In this document: positions 14,895 to 23,821 of the stretch, piece by piece
Numbering within the stretch: the first letter of the stretch is position 1
How the letters are laid out: each line of letters starts with the position of its first letter
Origin: an uncultured archaeon
Lineage (GTDB): Archaea; Aenigmatarchaeota; Aenigmatarchaeia; CG10238-14; SCSR01
Direction: 5' to 3'
Length of the DNA: 38,659 nt
Assembly: GCA_964423085.1 (NCBI GenBank)
Contig: CAYRDB010000002.1
Location: 1-38,659 of the forward strand
The notes under the pieces: generated by a model
Told to the model about the DNA's origin: nothing
The model's input: the letters and a program-made list of their open reading frames with translations, nothing else
Database searches by the model: none
Translations under genes and position numbers: made by a program

Positions 14895-15698
14895 ATGAGT
14901 TTCAAAGTCTTTCTCGGACCGGCTGGTTCTCCCGGATTTACAAAGGGTGGCACGCTTGAAGGAATATCGAATGTGGCAGAAATAGGCCTAAATTCGATGG
15001 AAGTCGAGTTCACATACGGGGTCAAAATGGGGAGGGATTTGGCCAAAAAATGCGGCGAGGTCGCCAAGGAGAAGGGTATCAGGCTCAGCTGCCACGCACC
15101 ATACTATGTCAACCTATGTAACGAAAAGAAAGTAGAAGATTCCATGAGGAGGATACTCACAGCCGCCGACCGCATGAGCCTGATGGGCGGAGGAGTGGTT
15201 GTTTTTCATCCGGGATTCTACGGAGATTTGGGAGAGGATGTGGCATTCGAGCTTGTGGAGCATGCGTGCGCAAGGCTCGCTGAAAAAGCTCCTGAAGGCG
15301 TTTTTTTAGGGCTTGAAACAACAGGCAAGCACAGCCAGTTCGGAAACCTCGACGAAACTGTGAGAATATGCAAGTCTGTGAAAGGGTGCGTGCCTGTAGT
15401 GGATTTCGCGCACCTCTATGCTAGGGCCGGAGGAAAAATCGACTATGGAAAAGTTCTGGATGCTGTCAAGACTCTGAAATTGGATGTTCTGCATTCGCAC
15501 TTTTCGAATATTGAGTTTTCTGACAAGGGGGAGAAGAAGCATCTGATAGTGGAAGACAACCCTCCGTTCGAGCCGCTTGCGAGGGAAGTTTTGAAGACTA
15601 AAACTAGCATAAACGTAATCTGCGAGTCGCCCATATTAGAGCAGGACTCTCTGAAGATGAAGAAAGTGTTTGAGGAGCTCGGACACGACTTCAAGTAA
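14895..15698 (+). CDS. nfo: endonuclease IV-family AP endonuclease (xylose-isomerase-like TIM barrel)
   Basis: Metal-ligand blocks appear in EndoIV order: CHAPYYVNL, VVVFHPGFY, LGLETTGK, VDFAHLYARAG, LHSHFSNIEF. Confidence 0.72.
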   Translation: MSFKVFLGPAGSPGFTKGGTLEGISNVAEIGLNSMEVEFTYGVKMGRDLAKKCGEVAKEKGIRLSCHAPYYVNLCNEKKVEDSMRRILTAADRMSLMGGGVVVFHPGFYGDLGEDVAFELVEHACARLAEKAPEGVFLGLETTGKHSQFGNLDETVRICKSVKGCVPVVDFAHLYARAGGKIDYGKVLDAVKTLKLDVLHSHFSNIEFSDKGEKKHLIVEDNPPFEPLAREVLKTKTSINVICESPILEQDSLKMKKVFEELGHDFK

Positions 15699-15743
15699 AG
15701 CTTATTAGTCTATCTTTCTTAATGTTAGTGTATTGATGATTTC

Positions 15744-16319
15744 ATGAAAGATGCGCAAAACTACATTCTTGAAAATCGCGAATTGTTGTCACACTTGATT
15801 CAAGACCTTTACGGGGAAAAGACCAGGTTTATAAAGTCTGGGCAAGAAAAAACGAAATTATATACAACCAATGGCGACAAGTCTTTGAGCAACAGCTTTC
15901 TTGTAAGGGAATTGGAAAAATACAAGCCTAAAGTTCTTGAAGCCTTGAAATCTCTCTATGTTCCGTCTGCAAAATACTTGGAAATCAGAAACAAGAGCAT
16001 TAGCATAGATTGTAACAACAGAACAATAGAACTTCCGACATCTACACTAGACGAAATCAAGAAAGCATACAAACTCAGGATAGAAAATATGATGATTTCA
16101 AATAGACTGAATTGTGAAGGACTAGACGGTATTGAAAAATTAGGGCTCGTTTCAACAATAGAGCTTTATAACGAATTGGAGAGCAAAATAAAATCATTCC
16201 CTAAAAAGCACAGTCCAGATTACAAAGTCATCATAAACAAAATAGACTCCAAAGACCATTTGGGAGTCAATGTGGAGCTAGTAAAGCCCATCAAACACGA
16301 AGACTTGGAACTTTTCTAA
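15744..16319 (+). CDS. hypothetical protein (AT-rich island)
   Basis: 191-aa ATG ORF, Lys/Asn/Ile-rich, no recognised family. Confidence 0.4.
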   Translation: MKDAQNYILENRELLSHLIQDLYGEKTRFIKSGQEKTKLYTTNGDKSLSNSFLVRELEKYKPKVLEALKSLYVPSAKYLEIRNKSISIDCNNRTIELPTSTLDEIKKAYKLRIENMMISNRLNCEGLDGIEKLGLVSTIELYNELESKIKSFPKKHSPDYKVIINKIDSKDHLGVNVELVKPIKHEDLELF

Positions 16320-16323
16320 TCTG

Positions 16324-17175
16324 TCAAGATATGTAACTGGGCGGCTTTTCTGAACATATGGACTTGAGCTTCAGCTCTGTGACAGACTGCGCAAAAAAGA
16401 TGTGCAGCATGCTTACTATTGATATGTTCTTGTACCAGTCAGGCTTTCCAGAATATTTGTTTTTCAAATCATCCATATATTTTAAAACAGAGTTCGAGCC
16501 GACGTTGCCATGTAGGTTGTTATAAGCTTTCTTCCAGGACTTTGGGTGACCCAGCAACACCCTTTCTATGACGGATTTATCACCGACTGCTGAAATAGGA
16601 CTATCCACTTCGAAATAGCTCCAAACAACGTCAGCTATGTCGTTGGATCCCTTAAACTCGATGTTTCCAAACTTGTAAATTTTGTCGTACACTTCCATGA
16701 CTTTTTTTTCCGACTCGTCGTGAAGAGTCTCCAGCGAAGCTGTCCCAGCCCTGACTCTTGACGCATTTTTTACCGAAACTGAAATGTCGTTTATTCCGAA
16801 CAACACCAAACCCAATTCTGCAAAATGCGAATACGAATCTCTGGATCGGCCCCTATCATTTTTATTATACGACGAAACTCCTTGCAAATAGTTGCCAGCT
16901 GCCTGAGAAAGAGAATTGTGATATTTTTCAATATCATGCCTGTAAAGAGGAGTGTGCTCGAGCGGAAATCTTTTTGAAGACTTGTACAAATTGCGCATTA
17001 TCGAACGTGTGCTTTTGACATCCCATTTTTCTTTGTTTGAAAGGTTGCAATGTAACGGGCGCTTTGACTTCCATGAATAAGCGCAGAAATTTATCGCGTT
17101 CTGCGCTGCTTTAAGAGCATCATTCTCTCTTCTAATCTTTCTGAGTTCGCGTTCAGGATCAATTATTTTAGACAT
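16324..17175 (-). CDS. hypothetical protein (AT-rich island)
   Basis: 283-aa ATG ORF, convergent with the previous ORF across a 4-nt gap. It contains an Rx4H string (ERVLLGH), but no family is recognised. Confidence 0.4.
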   Translation of the reverse strand: MSKIIDPERELRKIRRENDALKAAQNAINFCAYSWKSKRPLHCNLSNKEKWDVKSTRSIMRNLYKSSKRFPLEHTPLYRHDIEKYHNSLSQAAGNYLQGVSSYNKNDRGRSRDSYSHFAELGLVLFGINDISVSVKNASRVRAGTASLETLHDESEKKVMEVYDKIYKFGNIEFKGSNDIADVVWSYFEVDSPISAVGDKSVIERVLLGHPKSWKKAYNNLHGNVGSNSVLKYMDDLKNKYSGKPDWYKNISIVSMLHIFFAQSVTELKLKSICSEKPPSYIS

Positions 17176-17282
17176 AACTGCTAATGTTTCAACCTGCCTG
17201 CATGCTCGTTCCTAATCAGTTTTTGTACTTTTTAAGGGTTTCTGAAACAAAGGATTTCTTTTTTAAAGAACCAGAATATATC

Positions 17283-17714
17283 ATGGCCAAAGCGAAAAAA
17301 TTCAAGTTTGTGGACATAACCACTGCTGATGTGGCGTTTGAAGCGTACGGAAAGACACTTAACACAGCGTTCGCCAACTCCGCGCGTGCTCTGTTCGAGG
17401 TCATGGTCGACGCCAAGGGCGTGTCTCCTGACAGGAAAAAAACAGTGGAGGTCAGGGGACATGACATGAAATCGCTTTTGTTCAACTGGCTCAACGAACT
17501 GATATTCCTCACAGACTCGGAGAGCATGTTCTTCTCAAAATTCTCAGTCAAGATAGACCTGGATTCGCTAGTTCTAACAGCGACTTGCTACGGGGAAAAA
17601 ATAAAGCCGAAAAAACACGAAATCAGAACAGAAGTGAAAGCAGCCACCTACCACAAAATTGATGTCAGAAAGACTGCTGAAGGATGGATTACGCGAGCGA
17701 TACTTGACATTTAG
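17283..17714 (+). CDS. archease (RtcB activator)
   Basis: From the internal ATG: MAKAKKFKFVDITTADVAFEAYGKTLNTAFANSARALFEVM ... KAATYHKIDV. This matches the archease pattern (H/TTADV.FEA.G.tLee.F). The 33 upstream track codons are unlikely to be coding. Confidence 0.85.
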   Translation: MAKAKKFKFVDITTADVAFEAYGKTLNTAFANSARALFEVMVDAKGVSPDRKKTVEVRGHDMKSLLFNWLNELIFLTDSESMFFSKFSVKIDLDSLVLTATCYGEKIKPKKHEIRTEVKAATYHKIDVRKTAEGWITRAILDI

Positions 17715-19159
17715 CCTTTTACAACGCCCAGCGGCTTGAGCTTTGCCACAATCCTGGCTATTCCGGCTGTCTCACAGACTTGCACAACCTCGTCCACATC
17801 CTTGTACACATCAGGAGCCTCCTCTGCAAGACCCTTCATGCTGGCAGACCTTGTAAGTATGCCCTTCTTCTCAAGCGACTCCCGTATTTCCTCGCCGGTG
17901 TGCATGTTCCTTGCGCTCGTCCTGGACTGCAACCTGCCCGCTCCGTGGCATACTGAATTGAAAGTCTCCTCTGCTGTCTTTGTGCCGACAAGCACGTAGC
18001 TGGCTGTTCCCATGCTTCCTGGCACGAGAACAGGCTGGCCGACCGAAGAGTAGTCGGAAGGTATGTCAGGCATTCCAGGCCCGAAAGCCCTTGTGGCGCC
18101 CTTCCTATGAACATAAACCTTCCTTTTTTCACCGTCTATCACGTACTCCTCCTTCTTGGCTATGTTGTGGGCCACGTCGTAAACAAGCTCCATGCCAGCG
18201 TCCGATTCGGAAACGCCCAGCGTCCTCCTTATGCTCTCCCTGACCCAGTGCATTATCATCTGCCTGTTTGTCCATGCGAAATTCGCTGCGCACGCCATTG
18301 CGCTGAAATAATTTTCACATTCCTTGGTTCCTGCCGGAGCGTAAACAAGCTCCCTGTCAGGCAGCTCCCTCAGCCTGTCGCGAAAAGCGTGCTCCATTGA
18401 CTGCAAATAGTCTGTGCACACCTGGTGGCCGAGCCCTCTTGAACCGGTGTGTATCATAAACATAATCTGGCCCTCCGACTTTATCCCGAAAGCTTTTGCC
18501 ACATCGGGCAGGAATATCTTCTCCACTTTCTGCAGCTCCAAAAAGTGGTTGCCAGCTCCCAGGCTTCCGGACTGGGGCATGCCCCTTTTCATGGCTTTGT
18601 CCGAAACCTTTCCGGCATCAGCACCCTTCATGCAACCTTTCTCCTCTATGTGCTTCAAATCGTTGGAACTTCCGTATCCGTTCTCAACCGCCCACTTGGC
18701 TCCGTTCTCGAGTATGCTTTCCAGCTGGGCGCTGTTTACTTTGACCTGTCCTTTGCTGCCAAGTCCTGACGGCACGTTCTTGAAAACAGAATCAAGCATC
18801 TTCGGTATGTCCTTCTCTATGTCGCTGACCTGAAGATTGGTTCTTAGAAGCCTGACGCCGCAGTTTATGTCAAAACCTATGCCGCCCGGACTAAGCCCTC
18901 CTTCCTCAATGTCAAGAGCGGCGACTCCTCCTATCGGAAATCCGTAGCCGAAGTGCATGTCAGGCATCGCGACGCTGTGCTTGTATATACCCGGCAAAAA
19001 CGCAACATTGGCGACCTGCTCGACCGCCCCGTCTTCCACGTCTTCAAGCAGCTTCTTCGACAGGAAAATTCTAGCTGGCACCCTCATCCCTTTCTTGGCT
19101 GAAGCGGATAGCTCCCAGACATCCGGCCTAATCTCTTTCAGCTGCTCTTTAAGCGACAT
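17711..19159 (-). CDS. rtcB: RNA 3'-phosphate/tRNA-splicing ligase RtcB
   Basis: Motifs AMPDMHFGYGFPIGGV, GFDINCGVR, GAGNHFLE, HTGSRGLGHQV, HNIA, and the C-terminus PLGVVKG. Confidence 0.95.
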   Translation of the reverse strand: MSLKEQLKEIRPDVWELSASAKKGMRVPARIFLSKKLLEDVEDGAVEQVANVAFLPGIYKHSVAMPDMHFGYGFPIGGVAALDIEEGGLSPGGIGFDINCGVRLLRTNLQVSDIEKDIPKMLDSVFKNVPSGLGSKGQVKVNSAQLESILENGAKWAVENGYGSSNDLKHIEEKGCMKGADAGKVSDKAMKRGMPQSGSLGAGNHFLELQKVEKIFLPDVAKAFGIKSEGQIMFMIHTGSRGLGHQVCTDYLQSMEHAFRDRLRELPDRELVYAPAGTKECENYFSAMACAANFAWTNRQMIMHWVRESIRRTLGVSESDAGMELVYDVAHNIAKKEEYVIDGEKRKVYVHRKGATRAFGPGMPDIPSDYSSVGQPVLVPGSMGTASYVLVGTKTAEETFNSVCHGAGRLQSRTSARNMHTGEEIRESLEKKGILTRSASMKGLAEEAPDVYKDVDEVVQVCETAGIARIVAKLKPLGVVKG

Positions 19160-19304
19160 TGAAACACCTATATCCTCCTTTGGAAAGTTACAATAAATAG
19201 GTTTTACGCGCGCATCCGATGGGCGTGCCTATGGTTTATATACATTCAACCCAAACTAATTATTCTTAAAACCGGGAGACTATATTAATAAAGAGGTAAA
19301 TCTT

Positions 19305-19616
19305 ATGCCAATAAGCACAGCCCCATACAAAAGGGAGTACAGACACACGAGGCACAGGGGAACCGAGACCATGGTCACTTGCGACATTTGCGGTCGACAG
19401 GTGCCACGATACAAGACCTTTGTCAAATTCTCGGGCATGAGCCTGAACGATCCTGCCATACTCAGGCAGACGGACAGGAGGATGCTTCACCTTATGAGAA
19501 AGAAAATGAGACTGTGCCCAGCATGCGCCAGGCACAGGGGCGTGTCCAAGCCGGGAACGTCGTTGCGTAAAAAGTACGGTGGCGGCGAAAAGGGCAGAAG
19601 ATTTGGCTCGTATTAA
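19305..19616 (+). CDS. rps26e: 30S ribosomal protein eS26
   Basis: Basic N-terminus. VTCDICGRQVPRYK...DP...MRKKMRLCPACARHRG matches the eS26 Zn-binding layout (V.C..CGr.VP.dK ... C..CA). Confidence 0.72.
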   Translation: MPISTAPYKREYRHTRHRGTETMVTCDICGRQVPRYKTFVKFSGMSLNDPAILRQTDRRMLHLMRKKMRLCPACARHRGVSKPGTSLRKKYGGGEKGRRFGSY

Positions 19617-19633
19617 CGTATTCCGGTGCAGCC

Positions 19634-21577
19634 ATGGCCACTAAAGGCGTTGAAAAGATAAAGAGTCTTCGAGGTTCCTTGTACAGGAAGATTGTCGAAA
19701 AATCTGAAAGCAAGAAGAACCCATCTCATTCTGTAGTAGGCTCGCTTCCCGGATTCAAAATACAAAGCAACGAGCACATAGTAGAGTTCCCTTCCACAAA
19801 GGACCTGACCACAATAGACTTTACGTATCCTCTAATGGAGCCATTCGCGTATGTGAATGTAAAATGGGACTTCAACTCCAAGGAGCTGCTATACAAAGTC
19901 ATAGAGCCTGACATGGACGAGAAGGAGAAAACGTTGCTTAAGAAAATATCAAACGCGTTGATAGAGCTCGTAGAGGTGGAACTTACTGCCATAAACAAGG
20001 AAGGCAAGGCCATAGAGTACATAGAGAAGCAGATTAAGAAGGTGATAAAGGACTTTGAATTTTCAATAACTCCCGAGCAGTACACAAAGATAATGTACTA
20101 CATTTACAGGAACTTCATCGGGTTCAATGAGCTCGAGCCGCTTCTCCAGGATCCGAACATAGAGGACATAAGCTGCGATGGCACTGGAATACCAATATAT
20201 GTAATACACAGGAAGTTCGGCTCGCTGAAGACCAACATTTTGTTCAACGACATGGAATATCTGAGGGAGTTTGTGATAAAGCTGGCAGAGCGATGCGGCA
20301 GGTATGTCAGTTATGCAGAACCGATACTGGATGGCACTCTGCCTGGAGGATCGCGTATATCAGCCACGCTCGCAGGCGACGTTGCCACTCGAGGGCCAAC
20401 TTTCACAATAAGAAAGTTCAGCGAAAAGCCTATATCGCCGATAGAGCAGATAGGATTCAAGACTGCTTCCCCTGCTGTTCTGGCATATTACTGGTACGTG
20501 GTAGAGCACGGCGCATCCATGCTGTTCGTAGGCGGGGTAGCCACTGGAAAGACCAGCTTCCTGAACAGCATATGCATGTTCATACCACCTGAAGCGAAGA
20601 TAGTCAGCATAGAGGACACCAGGGAGCTCAAGATACCAAACGAGCACTGGGTGCCCAGCCTGGCAAGGACTGGTTTCGGAATACCCATGCCTAGCGGAGA
20701 AAAGTATGGAGGTGTCTCGCTGTACGACCTTTTGAAAGAGAGCTTCAGGCAGAATCCGGACTATGTAATAGTAGGAGAGACTAGGGGTAAGGAAGCATAT
20801 GTAATGTTCCAAGGAATGAGCTCTGGCCATCCCAGCATGAGCACGTTCCACGCTGGATCTGTGGAAACAGTGGTGAAGAGGCTCACAACGCCGCCAATAG
20901 AGCTTTCACCGTCGCTCATCGAGAGTCTGAACATCGTGACCATTATGATACACGCAAGGGACAAAGGCAAGTCCGCTAGGAGAATAAAGGAGATTGTAGA
21001 AATAGAAAAGGTCGTACCAAAGACCGACGAGGTTGTAACGAACACTGTTTTCAAATGGAACCCTGTCAAGGACGACTACGAGTGGGTCAGCAACAGCATA
21101 ATGGTTGAAAAGCTCGTGCAAGCAAGGGGCGGAAAAGTGGAGGAGGCCTACGCCGAGATAGAGAGGAGGAGGAAAATATTGGAATGGATGTACAATAGCG
21201 AGATACGCGATTATCAGGAGGTCACGAGCATCATAAATAGGTACTACAAAGAGCCAGAAGTGTTGATGAAAGAGATAGGAATGTCCACCGAGCTTCCAAA
21301 AGTGAATGTGCCTGCTCACATGCACTCTGAGACAGCATTGAGTGCCGTCCACAGCGAGCCGACAGTGTCGCCAGAGCCGGCAATGGAATCGCCTGTGCCA
21401 AAGTTGTGCAAGAATGATTCCGAACCGCCTGAACGCAAAGGATTTGGAAACGAAATAAAGAAGCCGGCTGTTGTAAAGGCCAAGCTGTCGCCAAATTCAA
21501 AGTTGAAACTGGATGACTTGAACTCGATATTCAGCCTGATGAAGTTTGATTTCCTGAAAGAGGAAAAGGAAGTGTAA
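19634..21577 (+). CDS. type IV pilus/archaellum-type (GspE/FlaI/VirB11 superfamily) assembly ATPase with C-terminal extension
   Basis: Walker A FVGGVATGKTSFLNS, Walker B-region DYVIVGETRGKEA, and His box SGHPSMSTFHAG. About 98 extra C-terminal residues are low-complexity. Confidence 0.85.
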   Translation: MATKGVEKIKSLRGSLYRKIVEKSESKKNPSHSVVGSLPGFKIQSNEHIVEFPSTKDLTTIDFTYPLMEPFAYVNVKWDFNSKELLYKVIEPDMDEKEKTLLKKISNALIELVEVELTAINKEGKAIEYIEKQIKKVIKDFEFSITPEQYTKIMYYIYRNFIGFNELEPLLQDPNIEDISCDGTGIPIYVIHRKFGSLKTNILFNDMEYLREFVIKLAERCGRYVSYAEPILDGTLPGGSRISATLAGDVATRGPTFTIRKFSEKPISPIEQIGFKTASPAVLAYYWYVVEHGASMLFVGGVATGKTSFLNSICMFIPPEAKIVSIEDTRELKIPNEHWVPSLARTGFGIPMPSGEKYGGVSLYDLLKESFRQNPDYVIVGETRGKEAYVMFQGMSSGHPSMSTFHAGSVETVVKRLTTPPIELSPSLIESLNIVTIMIHARDKGKSARRIKEIVEIEKVVPKTDEVVTNTVFKWNPVKDDYEWVSNSIMVEKLVQARGGKVEEAYAEIERRRKILEWMYNSEIRDYQEVTSIINRYYKEPEVLMKEIGMSTELPKVNVPAHMHSETALSAVHSEPTVSPEPAMESPVPKLCKNDSEPPERKGFGNEIKKPAVVKAKLSPNSKLKLDDLNSIFSLMKFDFLKEEKEV

Positions 21578-21607
21578 AGCATTTTCTTCAACGAATGTCA
21601 ATATTAA

Positions 21608-22483
21608 ATGATGGCTAATCCAAGATCGCTGGCCGTGTCTATGTTCGGCTGGGCCGTTGACAAGTACGGCGACATGTTCACAGTGGTAAAAGAAAGTCTG
21701 CCGAAAGCCGGAATAAAGATGACTTTCCGAACCTACATGAGCATGGTTTTCTTCATTGCGGCGCTTTCGTACGCCAGCAGCTTCGCGATGCTCATATTCG
21801 CACTAAGGATAGTTGAGCTGTCACTAATGATGACAATCGCTTACTTGGTCTTCATACCTTTCACAATAGCAATATCGTGCGTTATAATGTTCATATTCTA
21901 CCCGTACAACAAGATGAGCGAGAGGAAAAAGAGCATAGAAACCAACCTGCCCTTCGTTCTGACGCACATGAGCGCAATCGCAGAGTCCGGGGTGCCCCCT
22001 TACGTGGTGTTTCGACTAATAGCGGAGTTCGAAGAGTATGGGGAGGTTTCTACTGAAATGAAGAAGATAGTCAGGAACATAGACACATTCGGAGTCAACC
22101 CGCTGAAATCTGTAAAAGAGGTGGCTGAGAGAACACCATCCGACAAGCTGAAGCAGATTCTTCTCGGATTTGTCACAACCACGGAATCGGGAGGAGACGT
22201 GAAGGTTTACCTGAAGAACGCCGGCCAGTCGGCGCTCTTCGACTGGAGGATAAAAAGGGAAAAGTTCCTACAGCAACTCTCCGCGTACGCGGAGTTCTAC
22301 ACTGGTATACTTATTGCCGCACCTCTGTTCATAGTCGCCCTTTTCGCAGTAATGGGAATGATACAGTCGAATGTTGCGGGATACGATATAATGTTCCTAA
22401 TGCAAATGAGCGTTTACGTCCTTATACCAGCCCTCAATGGCGGATTCCTGCTGTTCCTAACGGGCACCGAAGTGGAGATGTAA
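21608..22483 (+). CDS. pilus/archaellum platform membrane protein, single T2SS-F-like domain (FlaJ/TadB-like half)
   Basis: Polytopic protein. A cytoplasmic helical domain (LPFVLTHMSAIAESGVPPYVVFRLIAE...FGVNPLKSVKEVAERTPS..LKQILLG) is flanked by TM helices. Confidence 0.7.
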   Translation: MMANPRSLAVSMFGWAVDKYGDMFTVVKESLPKAGIKMTFRTYMSMVFFIAALSYASSFAMLIFALRIVELSLMMTIAYLVFIPFTIAISCVIMFIFYPYNKMSERKKSIETNLPFVLTHMSAIAESGVPPYVVFRLIAEFEEYGEVSTEMKKIVRNIDTFGVNPLKSVKEVAERTPSDKLKQILLGFVTTTESGGDVKVYLKNAGQSALFDWRIKREKFLQQLSAYAEFYTGILIAAPLFIVALFAVMGMIQSNVAGYDIMFLMQMSVYVLIPALNGGFLLFLTGTEVEM

Positions 22484-22484
22484 A

Positions 22485-23342
22485 ATGGGAAAAATAAAGA
22501 TAAAGATAGGCAAGAAAAAGTTCGAAATCAGGGACAAGATACTGATACTTGTAGTGATGAACGGTGTGCTCTCGGGATCGATAGCTGCAATAAACTTTTT
22601 GCTCCTAAGGAGCTCGCCGACGCTTTTCTCTTCGATAAACGTTATCGCGATGTTCATATTCGCGTTCCCGATAATACTGATAAAATACAGCGAATACAAC
22701 AAGAAGAAAAACCTCGAGGAGATGTTTCCCCTTTTCCTGAGGGATTTTGTAGAGTCGATAAGGGGAGGAATGACCGTACCCGCTGCGATGAAGTCCATAA
22801 CGAGGAACGACTACAAGGAGCTCAACCCGCACGTAAGGAAGATGTCAGCGCAGCTTGACTGGGGAATAACAGTAGAGAGGGCCTTAATGAACTTTGCGAA
22901 AGAGTCCCAGTCCAAGCTCATAATGAGGATAATATCATCGGTTAGGGAGAGCCACAGATTCGGAGGCAACCTGGCCGACACACTGGAAGCGCTAAGCAAC
23001 ACAGCGGTCGAGGTGGAAAGGCTAAGGGCGGAGAGGAAGCTCTACCTGCACTCCCAGATGATAACCGGCTACATAGTTTTCTTTGTATTCCTAGCGGTAA
23101 TGATAGGACTGGAAAAGTTTCTTGTTCCTAGCCTTAGCGGAGCGTCGATGGGACTCGGCGAAAGCACAAGCGCCACTTTCAGCGAGGACTTTAACGACAT
23201 ATTCCAAAACCTGATACTGATACAGGGGCTTTTCGCCGGACTGTCAACAGGAAAGATGGCTGAAGGCTCGATAATAGCCGGCCTCAAGCACAGCGTAACC
23301 ATGATGTTCATAGGATTCATAGTGTTTACAATAGCAGGATAA
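22485..23342 (+). CDS. pilus/archaellum platform membrane protein, second T2SS-F-like half (FlaJ/TadC-like)
   Basis: Same architecture (FPLFLRDFVESIRGGMTVPAAMKSI...DWGITVERALMNFAKES). It starts 1 nt after the preceding stop. Confidence 0.7.
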   Translation: MGKIKIKIGKKKFEIRDKILILVVMNGVLSGSIAAINFLLLRSSPTLFSSINVIAMFIFAFPIILIKYSEYNKKKNLEEMFPLFLRDFVESIRGGMTVPAAMKSITRNDYKELNPHVRKMSAQLDWGITVERALMNFAKESQSKLIMRIISSVRESHRFGGNLADTLEALSNTAVEVERLRAERKLYLHSQMITGYIVFFVFLAVMIGLEKFLVPSLSGASMGLGESTSATFSEDFNDIFQNLILIQGLFAGLSTGKMAEGSIIAGLKHSVTMMFIGFIVFTIAG

Positions 23343-23343
23343 A

Positions 23344-23808
23344 TCAGCACAAAGTGACGTGGCTGGATTCCACTTGATCGTCCACATTAGAGCAGTTGGT
23401 GTACACTCTTATGGTCTGGTACGAGCCGCTGTCGACGCTGACATTGAAGGACTTTATCTCTCCTGGAGCCAGCGACATTTGGCTGGAAGCGCAAGAAGTT
23501 CCGTTATTGCACAGGCGTATTGTGTGCGTGGTAGAGTTTGTGTAAAAGACCTGAAGGGTTATGCTTCCGAGATCCTTGTATTTCACGTTCTCTATCCTTC
23601 CATATATGTGGCTGTTGCAGTATTGGACGTTCGAGAGTGATATGCCGGCATAGCTGCAGTATATTTGATTTTCGGTCTCCTCTCCCACTGTGCCGCTTAT
23701 GTCAGAGCTGAACGTCTGCATCCACACGCTTATAATCCCGCCAACTGCAACAGTGAACGCGATAAGAAGCACAGTCGCAATCATGGGCGATATTGCTTTT
23801 GAATTCAT
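23344..23808 (-). CDS. archaeal type IV pilin-like protein (class III signal peptide)
   Basis: N-terminus MNSK/AISPMIATVLLIAFTVAVGG shows the archaeal pilin/archaellin N-terminal signature. The globular part has 6 Cys and several N-x-S/T sequons. Confidence 0.75.
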   Translation of the reverse strand: MNSKAISPMIATVLLIAFTVAVGGIISVWMQTFSSDISGTVGEETENQIYCSYAGISLSNVQYCNSHIYGRIENVKYKDLGSITLQVFYTNSTTHTIRLCNNGTSCASSQMSLAPGEIKSFNVSVDSGSYQTIRVYTNCSNVDDQVESSHVTLC

Positions 23809-23821
23809 TCATACACCCGAA

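Noticed and set aside
16089-16110. C-box-like ATGATGA followed 11 nt later by CTGA, suggesting a C/D box sRNA.
   Set aside because: It lies inside a protein-coding ORF. I found no matching C'/D boxes at proper spacing and no terminal stem. Such short motifs are expected by chance in AT-rich DNA.
17184-17282. 33-codon N-terminal extension of archease.
   Set aside because: The sequence (MFQPACMLVPNQFLYFLRV...) lies in the AT-rich divergent promoter region. The conserved archease sequence begins at the ATG at 17283.
15699-17282. Direct repeats flanking the AT-rich island as an integration signature (TAATGTT near 15719 and near 17181).
   Set aside because: Only a 7-nt match in AT-rich sequence, with no integrase, tRNA or att-like context. 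This is insufficient to call a mobile element.
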